Notes: generated by a model from the sequence alone, not told the origin. A stretch of 64,000 nucleotides of DNA from Raillietiella orientalis (GCA_036172245.1 JAYWIR010000043.1:1240001-1304000), one strand, 5' to 3'; numbered from the stretch's first letter, positions 25,762 to 38,084 are shown. Program-made: numbers and translations.

Positions 25762-28338
25762 CTGGCGTGGGCAGATTGATCAGTGCGATGTGTGTTTTCT
25801 TTGCTGTTTGCCATCAGTTGAGAAGGTGGGAAGGCGTTCTGAACAGTGAGGCTTTTCATGGATTCCCATTGAACGTTGGTGTGGGTATGAGATGAGAAAA
25901 CACGTCACGGTGATGTAAGCTGGTAGTGGGGAGTTTCTGGAAGGAACAGAATAAGGGAGGTGCCCGGAATACCTAGCTCGAGAAGGAAGAGATGATGGAG
26001 AAGTTATCGAGAGGTGAGGAGGATGTAACGCTTGTTGCAGGACACGGAGTTTGCGTATGCAGAGGAGATTGGAATGTCTCCGACTTTAGAGGAGGGAGAG
26101 AACGATGGCAGAGAACGCTGTGACAGGGCACGAGAGGAGTAATGGATGAAGATCGCTGCATCCAGGAGAAGGTTAGGAGCGTTACCAGCCGGTTACGCCG
26201 GGGCGTTTGTTAAAACCCTACAGAAACGTGGTACGAGGCCCCACTAGCGGCCCACGCACTACCGGCCCACCTGCCGGGACGCAGACCAACGTGACTCTCC
26301 TCGGCAGTGGAGGGTGATGGGGGACAAAACAAAAAGAAAAATAAAATAGAAAGGAAACGAAAAGAGTTTGGAGGGAAGGGAAGGAAGGGATCACCGGCCA
26401 CCGGGAGGTGGGTGCATGCTTTGCAGGATGCCCTCGAGGTCCTTCTTTAGTCCACCCAGCTGGGGCCATCCGGTAGCTCTCTGCGGGAAGCGATCAGCAT
26501 ACGGGATGACGTCCCTCTCGTTGTGAACATCTTCGTCGTCGTGGCCATCGCTCCGAGCCGCCACGATGCCTGGGATGCAGCAAAGTGCTGCCAGGGCTGC
26601 GGTTGGCTGCAGGGCGTCCCGCACGAAGAAGAGGAGCCGGAAAACGTCTCTGGGCGCGCTGCCCACCGGGAGCCCGGGGGCCCATAGGGGACGGAGGGCA
26701 GGGCAGTCAACAATCAATAGGAGGAGGGAGCGGTTAGGAGCGAGTGGAAGGCAAGCGATCATGCGACTGGGTTGCCATTGTAATTCTGGTTCTGCGAGGA
26801 GATGGGTGGACGCAGGAAGTTTCGGAGAGGAAGGATTCGTGGATGAGAGCGAAACTAAGGTGGTATTTGTTTCGATGCCGCAGAGGGATCGAAGCATGAG
26901 ATTCCGGACTGAAGTCTGGAATATTGACTGGAATGGTGGTTGTATTTGGTTTAGGGCCGTGTACGGGACAGGGGGCAGACACGCATTTTCCTACCCCTGT
27001 GAAGATCGGGAATCGCGGCGTTGGGGAGGTCGAATGGTTTGTTTGTGTTTCTCACGGAGACAAGTGCGAGGGAGAAGGAAGAGTAGGCGAGGAAGGTGCG
27101 AGCAGGCGGCTGCAAAGAGTGGTGCGAACGCCGGACAAGGCAGTCGTCGATTCGCTGTGCTCCTCTGCGCAGCGCAGAGGAGGCGCGCACGATGACCGCT
27201 GCTGCGCGTGCGCACGATCGGCCGAGCTGACGTCGGAAGATTGGCGGTAGGCTCGGCGTGTGGCCGGAGAGCTGCTCACGACGCTTCGCGTTTGTGCTCG
27301 CGCAGGTCAGCTGCAGATGGGGGATGGGGGGGGGTCAGCTGCGCGTTGGCCACCGCCGTCCGTCGCCGGCAACGTTGGCGAAGGTCGGCGCGAGGGGGCG
27401 AAGCAAGTTCGCGGCTGCCAGACGGCCCGGAGACGCCGCGTGACAACCAGGAAGCGAGAGGAAGCAACGGAAAGGAAGAAGCGTCGTCGCTCGTGCGAGC
27501 GCAGCTTCCATCGCTGCCTAAGACGGTGGAGACTGCTCTTCCGGAGGCGGCATGGCCGAATTGCGGCAGCGCTCGCGCGGGAGCGTTGCAAGAGACCGCC
27601 ACTTCTCGTGCTGCCGGCGGCAGCTACGGAAGACGAGGATGGGGAAAAATAAGGAAGAAAAATGAGCCTGTATTCCAGGAGGTACGCTGGTTGATGCGGC
27701 GAAAATAATCAAGGAAGCCAAATTTATTCGGCGCCAGCTGTTCTTCGGTGACGCCGAGGAGCAGCGTAACTGCCATTCGAAGCCACTTGTGGCTGCTGCT
27801 CGCTCTCAGGCCAGACAGCAAGTGGGGATTTTTTGCACGGGGAAACGCGGAGCGACGTGCACGAGTCCTCCAGTCGGAAGGAGCCTCTTCCTGGGAACGA
27901 GTCCATGAAGCAGGTTCGTATCGTACATGGGTGCCTTCTTCCGCTGTGGTAGCCGGCGCTTTTACGATGCTGTCACAGCAGTGATACCAGAAGCATTCTT
28001 TGGATTACAAGCTTCCGTTAAGCTTTTCAGATCTGCGTCGTTCAGGTAGCCGGTAATTTTGTTGGTGCAGCAAAATGGTAAATTGGGCAGGTTGCGGAGA
28101 CGAGGAAAGAAACGATCGCACTTTCGTAGCAGCAGCCTACGCTTTCTAGCTTTTCTAAACTTCTTGCCTATCTTGCTAGCATAGATCGGAAATTCTCTTT
28201 GATATTCAGTCGACTCTAACATCTTCAGGTTTCTTTTTCTCCTTGTGAATGCAGCTAGCCTGTTCCTCTCTTTCCACAGAACATCGTGAAGCGGAAAGCC
28301 ATCGGCGATCATCCTGCTCTTCATTTTCTCCACTTCCT
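25762..28338. repeat. Inverted repeat 1, left arm (2577 bp; partner 34091-36667)
   Basis: Mirrored ORF set with coordinate sum 62429. Two substitutions noticed (DSFP/DSVP, NPKN/NPTN). Confidence 0.98.
27962..28338 (-). pseudogene. Antisense duplicate of the last ~125 codons (PRANC region) of ANK-2
   Basis: Peptide identical to the ANK-2 C-terminus except one residue. Truncated at the inverted-repeat boundary. Confidence 0.92.
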
Positions 28339-28419
28339 TTGACAGGGTGCATTTCCTTTACCGTCATCCGGCTCCACGTGCTCCTTCTACCTGGACTGGA
28401 ATATTGGGAATCTTCTGAT

Positions 28420-31400
28420 TTCGTTTCCGTAAAAAAGTGATGAAGTCTATAGTTGTGTTTTTATCACCTTAGTGGTGTTTTCTGGTATTCTGGTTTCTGT
28501 TCTTCAGGACTTTCAGCAAACTCTTGAAACAAGAAAAAAAGATTATTCTTCAGATAGTCAGTAAAAAGGACGTCTGCATTGTCAAAGCTCCCTTTCACCA
28601 TTGCAGTGGTTTTACATTGGGCCAGGTGGAGTAGAGGGGAGACCTTCCCAAACCTGTGCTTCGAGTCTGTGCCTTTGTTACGTGCTTGAACTCCTGGCCG
28701 GACATCCAGAAAGACATTCTGGAACTCCTCTTCCCGCTTGGATGGTCACCCCCGAGTGCGATCGCTGCTGTGTTGCCTCCGCGGAGACGTATGCTCTGTG
28801 TGGGCATCGACCGCGGGCAACCATCCACGGCTACTGAGGCTTTCGCCAAGGAAACGGCATCTCTATAGCCTTTCTCTTGTCTGAAGATCTCGTAGAGATG
28901 GTCGCATTTTAGGCATTGAAAGGATAAACTGCTGATATTCAGGAAGGGATGAAGTAGGAAACCGCTTTGACTACTCAGAAGGGTTCAGCACTGACATTTT
29001 GCGGGAGAAGAGAGGAGAGGCGACTCCGTGATCCACGACCTGTTCTATTGATCTGGGGCTTCCGACAACCAGGGTGAAAAGCTCAGAGCCTTCTCAATGA
29101 CACCTGGCAAAGAACATTCCGGCTAGGAAGAGCCAAGGTGTCAACGTGACGCTACTTTAACACCTCCTTCCTTCTCCATGAATCCATGGAGACGGAATGA
29201 GGTAGCAAAGTAGGTAAGGATCAGTAGCCTCAGCAAAGAACCAGTAACTTCGAGGAGAGCAGGTTCATACGAAGAGACACAATTACTTACCTATTCCTTA
29301 TATTACTAAACAACTGATGGCTGCACTCCTAACTTTGACATGGCAAAGGAAGAACGACATCATGAAACGCAAAGTGGTGAATGGAACTTGAGAAATAAAA
29401 TGGTACCATGCAGCTCTTCTAGTGTGAACACATCGGTGGTGGCAGAAGATCAGTTGGAGCGTTGGTTTCTGCCTCCAGGAAACCTTCCAATTGGAGAAAG
29501 GCCATCCACTTTGGAGGAGCGAGAGAAGCACATGGAGCTCAACTTTTCGGCAATGATGGTTGTCCGTGCAAGATGATAAATCCCTCAGATAGCAAGGAAG
29601 ACTATAAATCGGCGGGCATCTTTGTCGATTTCTCAATGCACATCGTCTCTTACTTTTCTTATGTACTCGTTTGCTGAGTCACGAACATCAGACCACACCA
29701 GACCAACACCAAGTATCAAGAATTATAGCAAAGAGCGTCAGCGTCTCATAGCGTCACGGACCTTTGTTCACGAGCACCAAACTCTCCCAAACTTGGAAAG
29801 TATCGCGTCTCCTTTCTCAACCAGAGCTATCCTCTAGCCTACTACTATTCCCTCCGCCCTAAAAATTCACCTTATATATAGGTGAATACAAGCGGTCCTC
29901 TATACTGGTGTTGAGGTCCAGGTTACAGAGACATTGGCTGCCTCATCCGAATACCCCGAAAGACATACAATGCTGCCGAAATTCCAATCGAATTTTTTTC
30001 ATGGAAATTGGAAGGTCTCCGATCTCCGCGAACGAGTAAGAAACGTGCGCTTCTGAGTGAACTACAAGTGGCCATTACACGACGCTTCGAGACATCTGCT
30101 TGTCTTCGACGAAGCCGTGTAATTCCTTCGAGCCGTTCCGGAATCTTGAAGCACACCGTTTTACCTTTCAAGAGAACATATTCTTGAAAACCATGTCGTT
30201 GGTGTGTTTCGGGGATGCTCTGATCTCAGACAAAAAACGCAACTGATTCCCGGAGATACTCTTTGTGAAGACCTTATATACATCTGCTTCTAACGTGAAA
30301 GTGTAGTTCGGCCTAATTCGGGAGCTCTGGATTTGTAAAGAGTTCTGCAGTCTGCTTCAAAGATGGGACTCAGATGCCCAATAAAGTTTCTATCGCCTAT
30401 CACTTTTTCTATTACTCTGGTGATCTTCTTAGGCGGTTTTGTTAGTCATCCAGCCGAACCTAACATTTACCATAAGTCGCGATTTGGCTGGCCTCTTGGA
30501 AAACAAACGACGCACGCCTCGGATGTATCCTGCAGGCAAAAGCAATCGAAAGGAGAGGCTACTGCGCTGACGAGAGTGAGCCAGTATCAGCCCACGTGGG
30601 ATATTCGAACCACCTACTAGTAGATGGAAAGAGCCACTCTCTTTCGAGGAGTCCAGGTGCTGGCTGGTTTTCCACGATTCATAACGTGATTCACAATGGG
30701 TGCACATGGCACTTAAAGGTCTTCGCTCAGCAATTACTGAACAAATGAAGCACTGGGGTATCTGAAGATTTTCTCCGATGAGACTGCTTGGAAACCAATG
30801 CCCACTCTTCCATTTCAAGAACGTCACCATGCAACAAATTTTTTGCTCCTTCTGTGGAAGGCATGTACAGCACCTCGCGCTCTTCAGCCCTCCTGCAGAT
30901 GTCAACCATTTGTTCTTACTTTGTCAAGTCTAATTTCCATCTGCTGAAACATCGGCAGTGCTTCAAAGCCATAAAGACTGAGCACCATGAAGATGTCGGT
31001 TAGCACGTGAGGGTTCGTTCCTATCTGTTCTTTTTTTTCTTCTTTTGACCTCTCCATCTCCTTTCCGTGTGCCTTTTTTTTTTTTTTTTTTTCCATTTTT
31101 GCTTTCACTCTATAACATGACGAGATATGGCGTTCTTGGAAAATGAAGGTGAAAGGGAGAGGGAATTCAAATGCATCCTTCTCTCAAACCAACGCCTCGT
31201 GTTGGGACCCTTCTGCTGCTTGCGATGGCGAGCATAGCGACGGAATTCGCCCGAAGGGACATTTCCAGTCTTGCCGCGCACGTGGCGTTCCCTGAAGAAC
31301 TGCTTGGCAATAAGGAAACTTTCTGAGCCTCGGCGATCCGAGTCCTCGGAAGGTTTCGGGGTTTTCGAAAAGGCCGTTGAGAACGGCGGAGGAAATGCCC

Positions 31401-31500
31401 CGTGATTTTGTCGAATTCAAATGTTCCACGGTGTTTTCCAAAGGGTGCAAGCAAGAAGACACGAGTAAAATTGTGTTACATCACAAAGGGTCAACTTTGG
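28420..31500 (-). mobile_element. Decayed LINE (ORF1 end, APE, linker, RT) head-to-head with ANK-2
   Basis: Poly-Lys ORF1-like tail, LYMPS (~VYxP), LIGENL (~LIGDFN), RSARFLLVRGDRRPSNFH (~RSR.W...GDRxTKFF), PPIYSLPC (~RPISLL). Confidence 0.55.
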
Positions 31501-31533
31501 AAGACAGGATCCGGAGCATCGGTGCAGTCAAAG

Positions 31534-34467
31534 ATGGACCTCATTCAGTGTGGGATTCGCCTCTTAGTGATCATGAATGAGCAGGACAGAGTCAGTTTGA
31601 GCGATCGTGCACGTGAGCTTGAATTACTCGCTTCCTTGTTGGGGAAAGGGAGAGGCACGCGTGGTTCTTCGTGCCTATGCAACCTGCAAGTGTGGCGTGA
31701 GAGTTTCGTACTGTTCCGTTATGCGTTTGACTACAGTCACTGTGAATGGGTGCTTTCAAGTGATTCTGCCGTGAACGGAATCTGCAGCTCTTCTGAAAGA
31801 CCGCTCCCGTTTGGTGCTTTTAGCGATGACGTGGAAAGTATTGTGTTGCTTAGCAGACACGCTGACTTCGAAGTGGCATGCCGGACAAGACAAGGAATGG
31901 TTGAATTGCTTTTTCGTTACGAATGCTTTCATGTTATGGATGGCAGGGGAGTTAGCCGTCTTCAGGGAACCATGCGTCAGACGTACCCACGGATTCTTCC
32001 GGATCTTTCGGATCACGGAGCTCATGTTAACTCTGCTTGCATTCCGGCGATCGTAGGAGGTTCGACACGACTTTGTCTGCCCGCTACTGTACGAAACAGT
32101 GGAGAGGTCGCCATGTTTTCAGAAAGTCCAACGGAGTCCGATGCCCAGGGAATCACTAGGACGGTTCCTCTTCACAGCCATTCCGAGTACAGGCATTCGC
32201 AATTTGCCCAGAGCGATTTAAAACACGGAACTTTTTCTGACCCTGTGTGCACCGAAACCTGGGAAGGTTGTACATCGCTCCAGCCGACCCTTGGAAAGGG
32301 GAGAGAAAACATTTTCGAACTGATTTTGAATCACGGATATGTTGTCAACGACAAGGACGACTTGACTCAACTTGGTATTACTGTTCAGAATAGGGATGAA
32401 AAGAATGCCAGTAATCTTCTGGATCTTACTGCTGATGTTGATGTCAGAAGCAAGAGTGATAGCGTTCGTCCTCATCATTCACTTAGTGAGAAACGCGCAT
32501 CAGTGGCTGAAGATCATTTGCAAGACTTGGCTAACTGCGATGTCGTGGAGAAGGGAGTTGCACTTCATTCTTCAGCTCATGGATATGAAAAGCCATATGG
32601 AATGATGCTTGATGTCCTGAAACATGGTTTTACTGCTGCCCATACATGTGGAAGCCATTGCGGAGTAACGCATTTTGATCTTGGGCAGAGATATCTGGAG
32701 ATTGCTGAGTACTTTCTAAGGTGGGTTGCTGATTCCAGCAGTGCAGGTACCTCAACTTGGGAAAAAATTGGCGCGCCGCCTTGTAATGCAGTTCAAAGCA
32801 GGCACGAAGAAGTAACTGAGTTCCTTGAAACCGGCGTCCACTTCCGGAACGGAATGACTGCATGCCATGCAGCAGAAAGTGAACATCCGGAAATCACTAG
32901 GCTGCTTTTGGAAAGTATAGCTCACATCAAGGATGGTTTCAGAGAGCTTCGCTTTCCTCCTAGCCCGCAGTGCACCCGAGTTGCTGGGATGCTTCTCGAA
33001 CTCAGCGGTGGCAAGCACGAAGGACTCAGGATCAGACGCAACGTCCTCAGCATTGCTGCTGAAAGCGGATTCGAGAGAGTGGCGAAACTTCTGCTGGAGT
33101 GCGGCACCGATGTGGATGCCAAGTCGGAAGACGGGCAAACCGCTCTCTGTGTTGCTGCTCAGACGGGTTATGGGGAAATAGTGGAGCTTCTCTTGGAGTA
33201 CAACGCTGACATCAACGCAAGGACCAACACTGGCGCAACGGCTCTCCACGCTGCCGCAGAATGCCAGCACGAGAAAGTCGTAAAGCTGCTCTTGGAATGC
33301 AACGCCGACGTCAATGCTCGGTCGAAGGATGGGAGGACTGCACTCCACATTGCTGCGCAGACGAGAAATGAGAATGTCATCAGACTTCTTTTGAGACACA
33401 ACGCAGACGTGGATGCGAAGCGCGTCGACGGGACGACCGCACTCCACATTGCCGCTCAAACGAGAAACGAGAAAGCCGTAAAGCTCCTTTTGGAGTACAA
33501 CGCGGATGTGGATGCTGAGCGTGGTGATGGCATAACTGCGCTCCACGTGGCCGTCCAGAAAAAGAATGAGAAAGTTGTAAATTGCCTGTTGCAATATCAA
33601 GCCGACGTTAATGCCAAATGCAAGGATGGCACGACTGCGCTCCACATTGCAGCTCGAAACAGGAACGAGAAAATTGCACAGCTTCTTCTGGAAAGAGATG
33701 CCGATTTGAACCCGAGATGTGAAGACGGCGCCACCCCGTTGCACATTGCTGCTTCAAATGGAAATGTAAGAGTCGTTGCAGCTCTTCTTGAATATGGAGC
33801 GGACGTGAATGCTGAGACCAGCAGGGGAGAGACACCACTTGAATCAGCTCTTGATGGGTTCGAAGAGTGGTTCAAGCAAATGCCTTATGATGATGGCAAT
33901 TACGATTCTCATTATAATTATCAAAATCATCATCATCGTTCCATCTTCTCTTGCGAACTGAGCGCCAAAGTCCTCATACAGCACATGGTCCAGTTGAGGT
34001 GCAACCATCTGTACGTAAGTGAAAAAAATTGGCAGTCTGCTGCTAGCGAGGATCGGAAAGACTTGCGAACCTTCCAGATTCAATGCAAAGAGGAAGTGGA
34101 GAAAATGAAGAGCAGGATGATCGCCGATGGCTTTCCGCTTCACGATGTTCTGTGGAAAGAGAGGAACAGGCTAGCTGCATTCACAAGGAGAAAAAGAAAC
34201 CTGAAGATGTTAGAGTCGACTGAATATCAAAGAGAATTTCCGATCTATGCTAGCAAGATAGGCAAGAAGTTTAGAAAAGCTAGAAAGCGTAGGCTGCTGC
34301 TACGAAAGTGCGATCGTTTCTTTCCTCGTCTCCGCAACCTGCCCAATTTACCATTTTGCTGCACCAACAAAATTACCGGCTACCTGAACGACGCAGATCT
34401 GAAAAGCTTAACGGAAGCTTGTAATCCAACGAATGCTTCTGGTATCACTGCTGTGACAGCATCGTAA
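31534..34467 (+). CDS. Long ankyrin-repeat + PRANC-like protein (ANK-2); start uncertain (ATG at 31534 or 31573)
   Basis: Frame is open from 31402. About 9 clean repeats at ~33040-33855 follow degenerate repeats. PRANC-like CKEEVEKMK...FPIYASKI...RRLLL...LPFCCTNKITGYLNDADL. Confidence 0.9.
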   Translation: MDLIQCGIRLLVIMNEQDRVSLSDRARELELLASLLGKGRGTRGSSCLCNLQVWRESFVLFRYAFDYSHCEWVLSSDSAVNGICSSSERPLPFGAFSDDVESIVLLSRHADFEVACRTRQGMVELLFRYECFHVMDGRGVSRLQGTMRQTYPRILPDLSDHGAHVNSACIPAIVGGSTRLCLPATVRNSGEVAMFSESPTESDAQGITRTVPLHSHSEYRHSQFAQSDLKHGTFSDPVCTETWEGCTSLQPTLGKGRENIFELILNHGYVVNDKDDLTQLGITVQNRDEKNASNLLDLTADVDVRSKSDSVRPHHSLSEKRASVAEDHLQDLANCDVVEKGVALHSSAHGYEKPYGMMLDVLKHGFTAAHTCGSHCGVTHFDLGQRYLEIAEYFLRWVADSSSAGTSTWEKIGAPPCNAVQSRHEEVTEFLETGVHFRNGMTACHAAESEHPEITRLLLESIAHIKDGFRELRFPPSPQCTRVAGMLLELSGGKHEGLRIRRNVLSIAAESGFERVAKLLLECGTDVDAKSEDGQTALCVAAQTGYGEIVELLLEYNADINARTNTGATALHAAAECQHEKVVKLLLECNADVNARSKDGRTALHIAAQTRNENVIRLLLRHNADVDAKRVDGTTALHIAAQTRNEKAVKLLLEYNADVDAERGDGITALHVAVQKKNEKVVNCLLQYQADVNAKCKDGTTALHIAARNRNEKIAQLLLERDADLNPRCEDGATPLHIAASNGNVRVVAALLEYGADVNAETSRGETPLESALDGFEEWFKQMPYDDGNYDSHYNYQNHHHRSIFSCELSAKVLIQHMVQLRCNHLYVSEKNWQSAASEDRKDLRTFQIQCKEEVEKMKSRMIADGFPLHDVLWKERNRLAAFTRRKRNLKMLESTEYQREFPIYASKIGKKFRKARKRRLLLRKCDRFFPRLRNLPNLPFCCTNKITGYLNDADLKSLTEACNPTNASGITAVTAS

Positions 34468-36667
34468 AAGCGCCGGCTACCACAGCGGAAGAAGGCACCC
34501 ATGTACGATACGAACCTGCTTCATGGACTCGGTCCCAGGAAGAGGCTCCTTCCGACTGGAGGACTCGTGCACGTCGCTCCGCGTTTCCCCGTGCAAAAAA
34601 TCCCCACTTGCTGTCTGGCCTGAGAGCGAGCAGCAGCCACAAGTGGCTTCGAATGGCAGTTACGCTGCTCCTCGGCGTCACCGAAGAACAGCTGGCGCCG
34701 AATAAATTTGGCTTCCTTGATTATTTTCGCCGCATCAACCAGCGTACCTCCTGGAATACAGGCTCATTTTTCTTCCTTATTTTTCCCCATCCTCGTCTTC
34801 CGTAGCTGCCGCCGGCAGCACGAGAAGTGGCGGTCTCTTGCAACGCTCCCGCGCGAGCGCTGCCGCAATTCGGCCATGCCGCCTCCGGAAGAGCAGTCTC
34901 CACCGTCTTAGGCAGCGATGGAAGCTGCGCTCGCACGAGCGACGACGCTTCTTCCTTTCCGTTGCTTCCTCTCGCTTCCTGGTTGTCACGCGGCGTCTCC
35001 GGGCCGTCTGGCAGCCGCGAACTTGCTTCGCCCCCTCGCGCCGACCTTCGCCAACGTTGCCGGCGACGGACGGCGGTGGCCAACGCGCAGCTGACCCCCC
35101 CCCATCCCCCATCTGCAGCTGACCTGCGCGAGCACAAACGCGAAGCGTCGTGAGCAGCTCTCCGGCCACACGCCGAGCCTACCGCCAATCTTCCGACGTC
35201 AGCTCGGCCGATCGTGCGCACGCGCAGCAGCGGTCATCGTGCGCGCCTCCTCTGCGCTGCGCAGAGGAGCACAGCGAATCGACGACTGCCTTGTCCGGCG
35301 TTCGCACCACTCTTTGCAGCCGCCTGCTCGCACCTTCCTCGCCTACTCTTCCTTCTCCCTCGCACTTGTCTCCGTGAGAAACACAAACAAACCATTCGAC
35401 CTCCCCAACGCCGCGATTCCCGATCTTCACAGGGGTAGGAAAATGCGTGTCTGCCCCCTGTCCCGTACACGGCCCTAAACCAAATACAACCACCATTCCA
35501 GTCAATATTCCAGACTTCAGTCCGGAATCTCATGCTTCGATCCCTCTGCGGCATCGAAACAAATACCACCTTAGTTTCGCTCTCATCCACGAATCCTTCC
35601 TCTCCGAAACTTCCTGCGTCCACCCATCTCCTCGCAGAACCAGAATTACAATGGCAACCCAGTCGCATGATCGCTTGCCTTCCACTCGCTCCTAACCGCT
35701 CCCTCCTCCTATTGATTGTTGACTGCCCTGCCCTCCGTCCCCTATGGGCCCCCGGGCTCCCGGTGGGCAGCGCGCCCAGAGACGTTTTCCGGCTCCTCTT
35801 CTTCGTGCGGGACGCCCTGCAGCCAACCGCAGCCCTGGCAGCACTTTGCTGCATCCCAGGCATCGTGGCGGCTCGGAGCGATGGCCACGACGACGAAGAT
35901 GTTCACAACGAGAGGGACGTCATCCCGTATGCTGATCGCTTCCCGCAGAGAGCTACCGGATGGCCCCAGCTGGGTGGACTAAAGAAGGACCTCGAGGGCA
36001 TCCTGCAAAGCATGCACCCACCTCCCGGTGGCCGGTGATCCCTTCCTTCCCTTCCCTCCAAACTCTTTTCGTTTCCTTTCTATTTTATTTTTCTTTTTGT
36101 TTTGTCCCCCATCACCCTCCACTGCCGAGGAGAGTCACGTTGGTCTGCGTCCCGGCAGGTGGGCCGGTAGTGCGTGGGCCGCTAGTGGGGCCTCGTACCA
36201 CGTTTCTGTAGGGTTTTAACAAACGCCCCGGCGTAACCGGCTGGTAACGCTCCTAACCTTCTCCTGGATGCAGCGATCTTCATCCATTACTCCTCTCGTG
36301 CCCTGTCACAGCGTTCTCTGCCATCGTTCTCTCCCTCCTCTAAAGTCGGAGACATTCCAATCTCCTCTGCATACGCAAACTCCGTGTCCTGCAACAAGCG
36401 TTACATCCTCCTCACCTCTCGATAACTTCTCCATCATCTCTTCCTTCTCGAGCTAGGTATTCCGGGCACCTCCCTTATTCTGTTCCTTCCAGAAACTCCC
36501 CACTACCAGCTTACATCACCGTGACGTGTTTTCTCATCTCATACCCACACCAACGTTCAATGGGAATCCATGAAAAGCCTCACTGTTCAGAACGCCTTCC
36601 CACCTTCTCAACTGATGGCAAACAGCAAAGAAAACACACATCGCACTGATCAATCTGCCCACGCCAG
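34091..36667. repeat. Inverted repeat 1, right arm (probably the ancestral copy)
   Basis: Reverse complement of 25762-28338. ANK-2 and the adjoining LINE relic continue across both of its ends. Confidence 0.98.
34470..36210 (+). mobile_element. Decayed LINE 3' half immediately after the ANK-2 stop (mirrored at ~26220-27960, minus strand)
   Basis: MYDTNL (~YADDT), LSGLRASSSHK (~SGLxINxxK), LLIVDCPALRPLW (zf-RVT end), family C-terminal tail, T-rich tract, hairpin. Confidence 0.65.
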
Positions 36668-38050
36668 CGAGCATTTCTTGTTTCGGGCATCCACTATCTC
36701 TTACGGAAAGACAAAAAGTCTCTCCAGGTCAGTCTCTCCTTCTTCCAACCGAGCTATTGCAGCTACCGTCATCTCCATCCTGTGAACCACAATCATTGCA
36801 TGAACCGTACAGGTCGTGCGCAAAACCAGGAACACCTCCATCCTACGCCATTTCCGTCGCAAAACGGCTTCCTCACCTTCCAAACCGAGATATCAGCGTA
36901 TCCTCCGCTCATCGCATTTCCCCTCTTTTGAAGAAAAGGGTGTTCCCAGCATCAGTACTTCTAGCGCTCATTCTGCAGAGAATGAAGTCATTGCAAACAC
37001 ACTTTCTCCCTTAAGGACGAACACCTTTCTGAGCGGATCACTGCACTTTTTTCTCTTATCCTGGTCAGCTTCCAAAACAGCACTTTCATCCCCAAAGGAA
37101 ACGCCTTTTTTTCCAGCCCTACTCTCATCCCATTTTTCTCTCTCCACGTCATCGTACTCATTCTGCTAATTGCAATCAGCAAGCTTATGACAGCAACGCA
37201 TGCTCGGAGGAAATCTTTCGGCGAGCCCAGTCAACGCCAACACCACTCCTTCAACACTCTTCCAGCAATTGACCATCGTCAACGCTCTAAGAGAGTCCTT
37301 TACGAGGCAAAAATGCTTCACCTTGCGGTCATTCGTATTCACATCTGAAGACAAACTTCGGCTCGAAATCCCCCACATGCATTCAACGCGAAGGATACTT
37401 TCCTTTGGTCCGCAGCTCCCACTTATTACACCTACAACGCAACAAATGGGAAGAGATTGCCCATATTCAAGTCCAGGAAGGAGGACGTGGAGCCGGATGA
37501 CGGTAAGGGAGGAGCACCCTGTCCGGGATGAAACCAGGCCTCACGTGGTGCCAGGAAACCGACCGGCGCTGCCGTGGATTGCGGACCGCCTTACAGCCGT
37601 CGAGAGCTTTTTCTCGCGAGGGTTTCGCGGCCTTTGCTTAGGAAATTCGGAGCTCCACAGTGGAGAGTGGGGACGGAAATCCAGAGCTCATCTTTCAGGA
37701 TGCAGAACTTGATCAAAGATCACTCCTCAGTATGGTGACCAGAATCGGGGCGCGAAGCTTCTGCTGGTCACCGAGGACCACTCGATGGCCGTGCACACAG
37801 TCAATCCCTGAGGAGGAACGAAAAATAATTCCGCCAGTTATCGGTGCACGCGCTTCGGCCGATGCCGAACCTGTTCCCGGAATCCCCGGGATCCTGTGCA
37901 GGGTCGCGTCCGCGGAGCGTGCGACTCTTGCAGAAGGAACGCAGCTTCCTCATAGACTGGCAGCGGACGCGATGTGCGCCGCCGACTTGCGGCTCGCGGG
38001 CAAGCCGAGCGTTCCCAGAAAGTTCATCAAGACGGGACATCCGGGGAGGA
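36230..38050 (-). mobile_element. Decayed LINE ORF2 (APE start to RT, internally deleted) abutting the CRESS rep
   Basis: VLMNFLG (~NxRG), AFLLQESH (~LQETH, ~37919-37945), SFGDESA linker, FPLNVGVG (~F....GVRQG), GEEDVTL (~YADDVTL). Confidence 0.6.
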
Positions 38051-38084
38051 AGTGTCCCGGAATCAAGCGTTGCCGCGCCGAGTC

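Noticed and set aside
24532..25849. Several overlapping 180-270 aa ORFs in GC-rich DNA (similarly 26566-27708 and 61477-62241)
   Set aside because: Arg/Ala/Pro-rich shadow ORFs expected at high GC, with no recognisable domain. They overlap LINE relics.
37560..37990. DIRS-type RNase H on the plus strand (LLVTEDHSMAVHTVNP*GGT)
   Set aside because: The minus strand gives a better, collinear APE reading (LLQESH and others). No DIRS RT or recombinase nearby.
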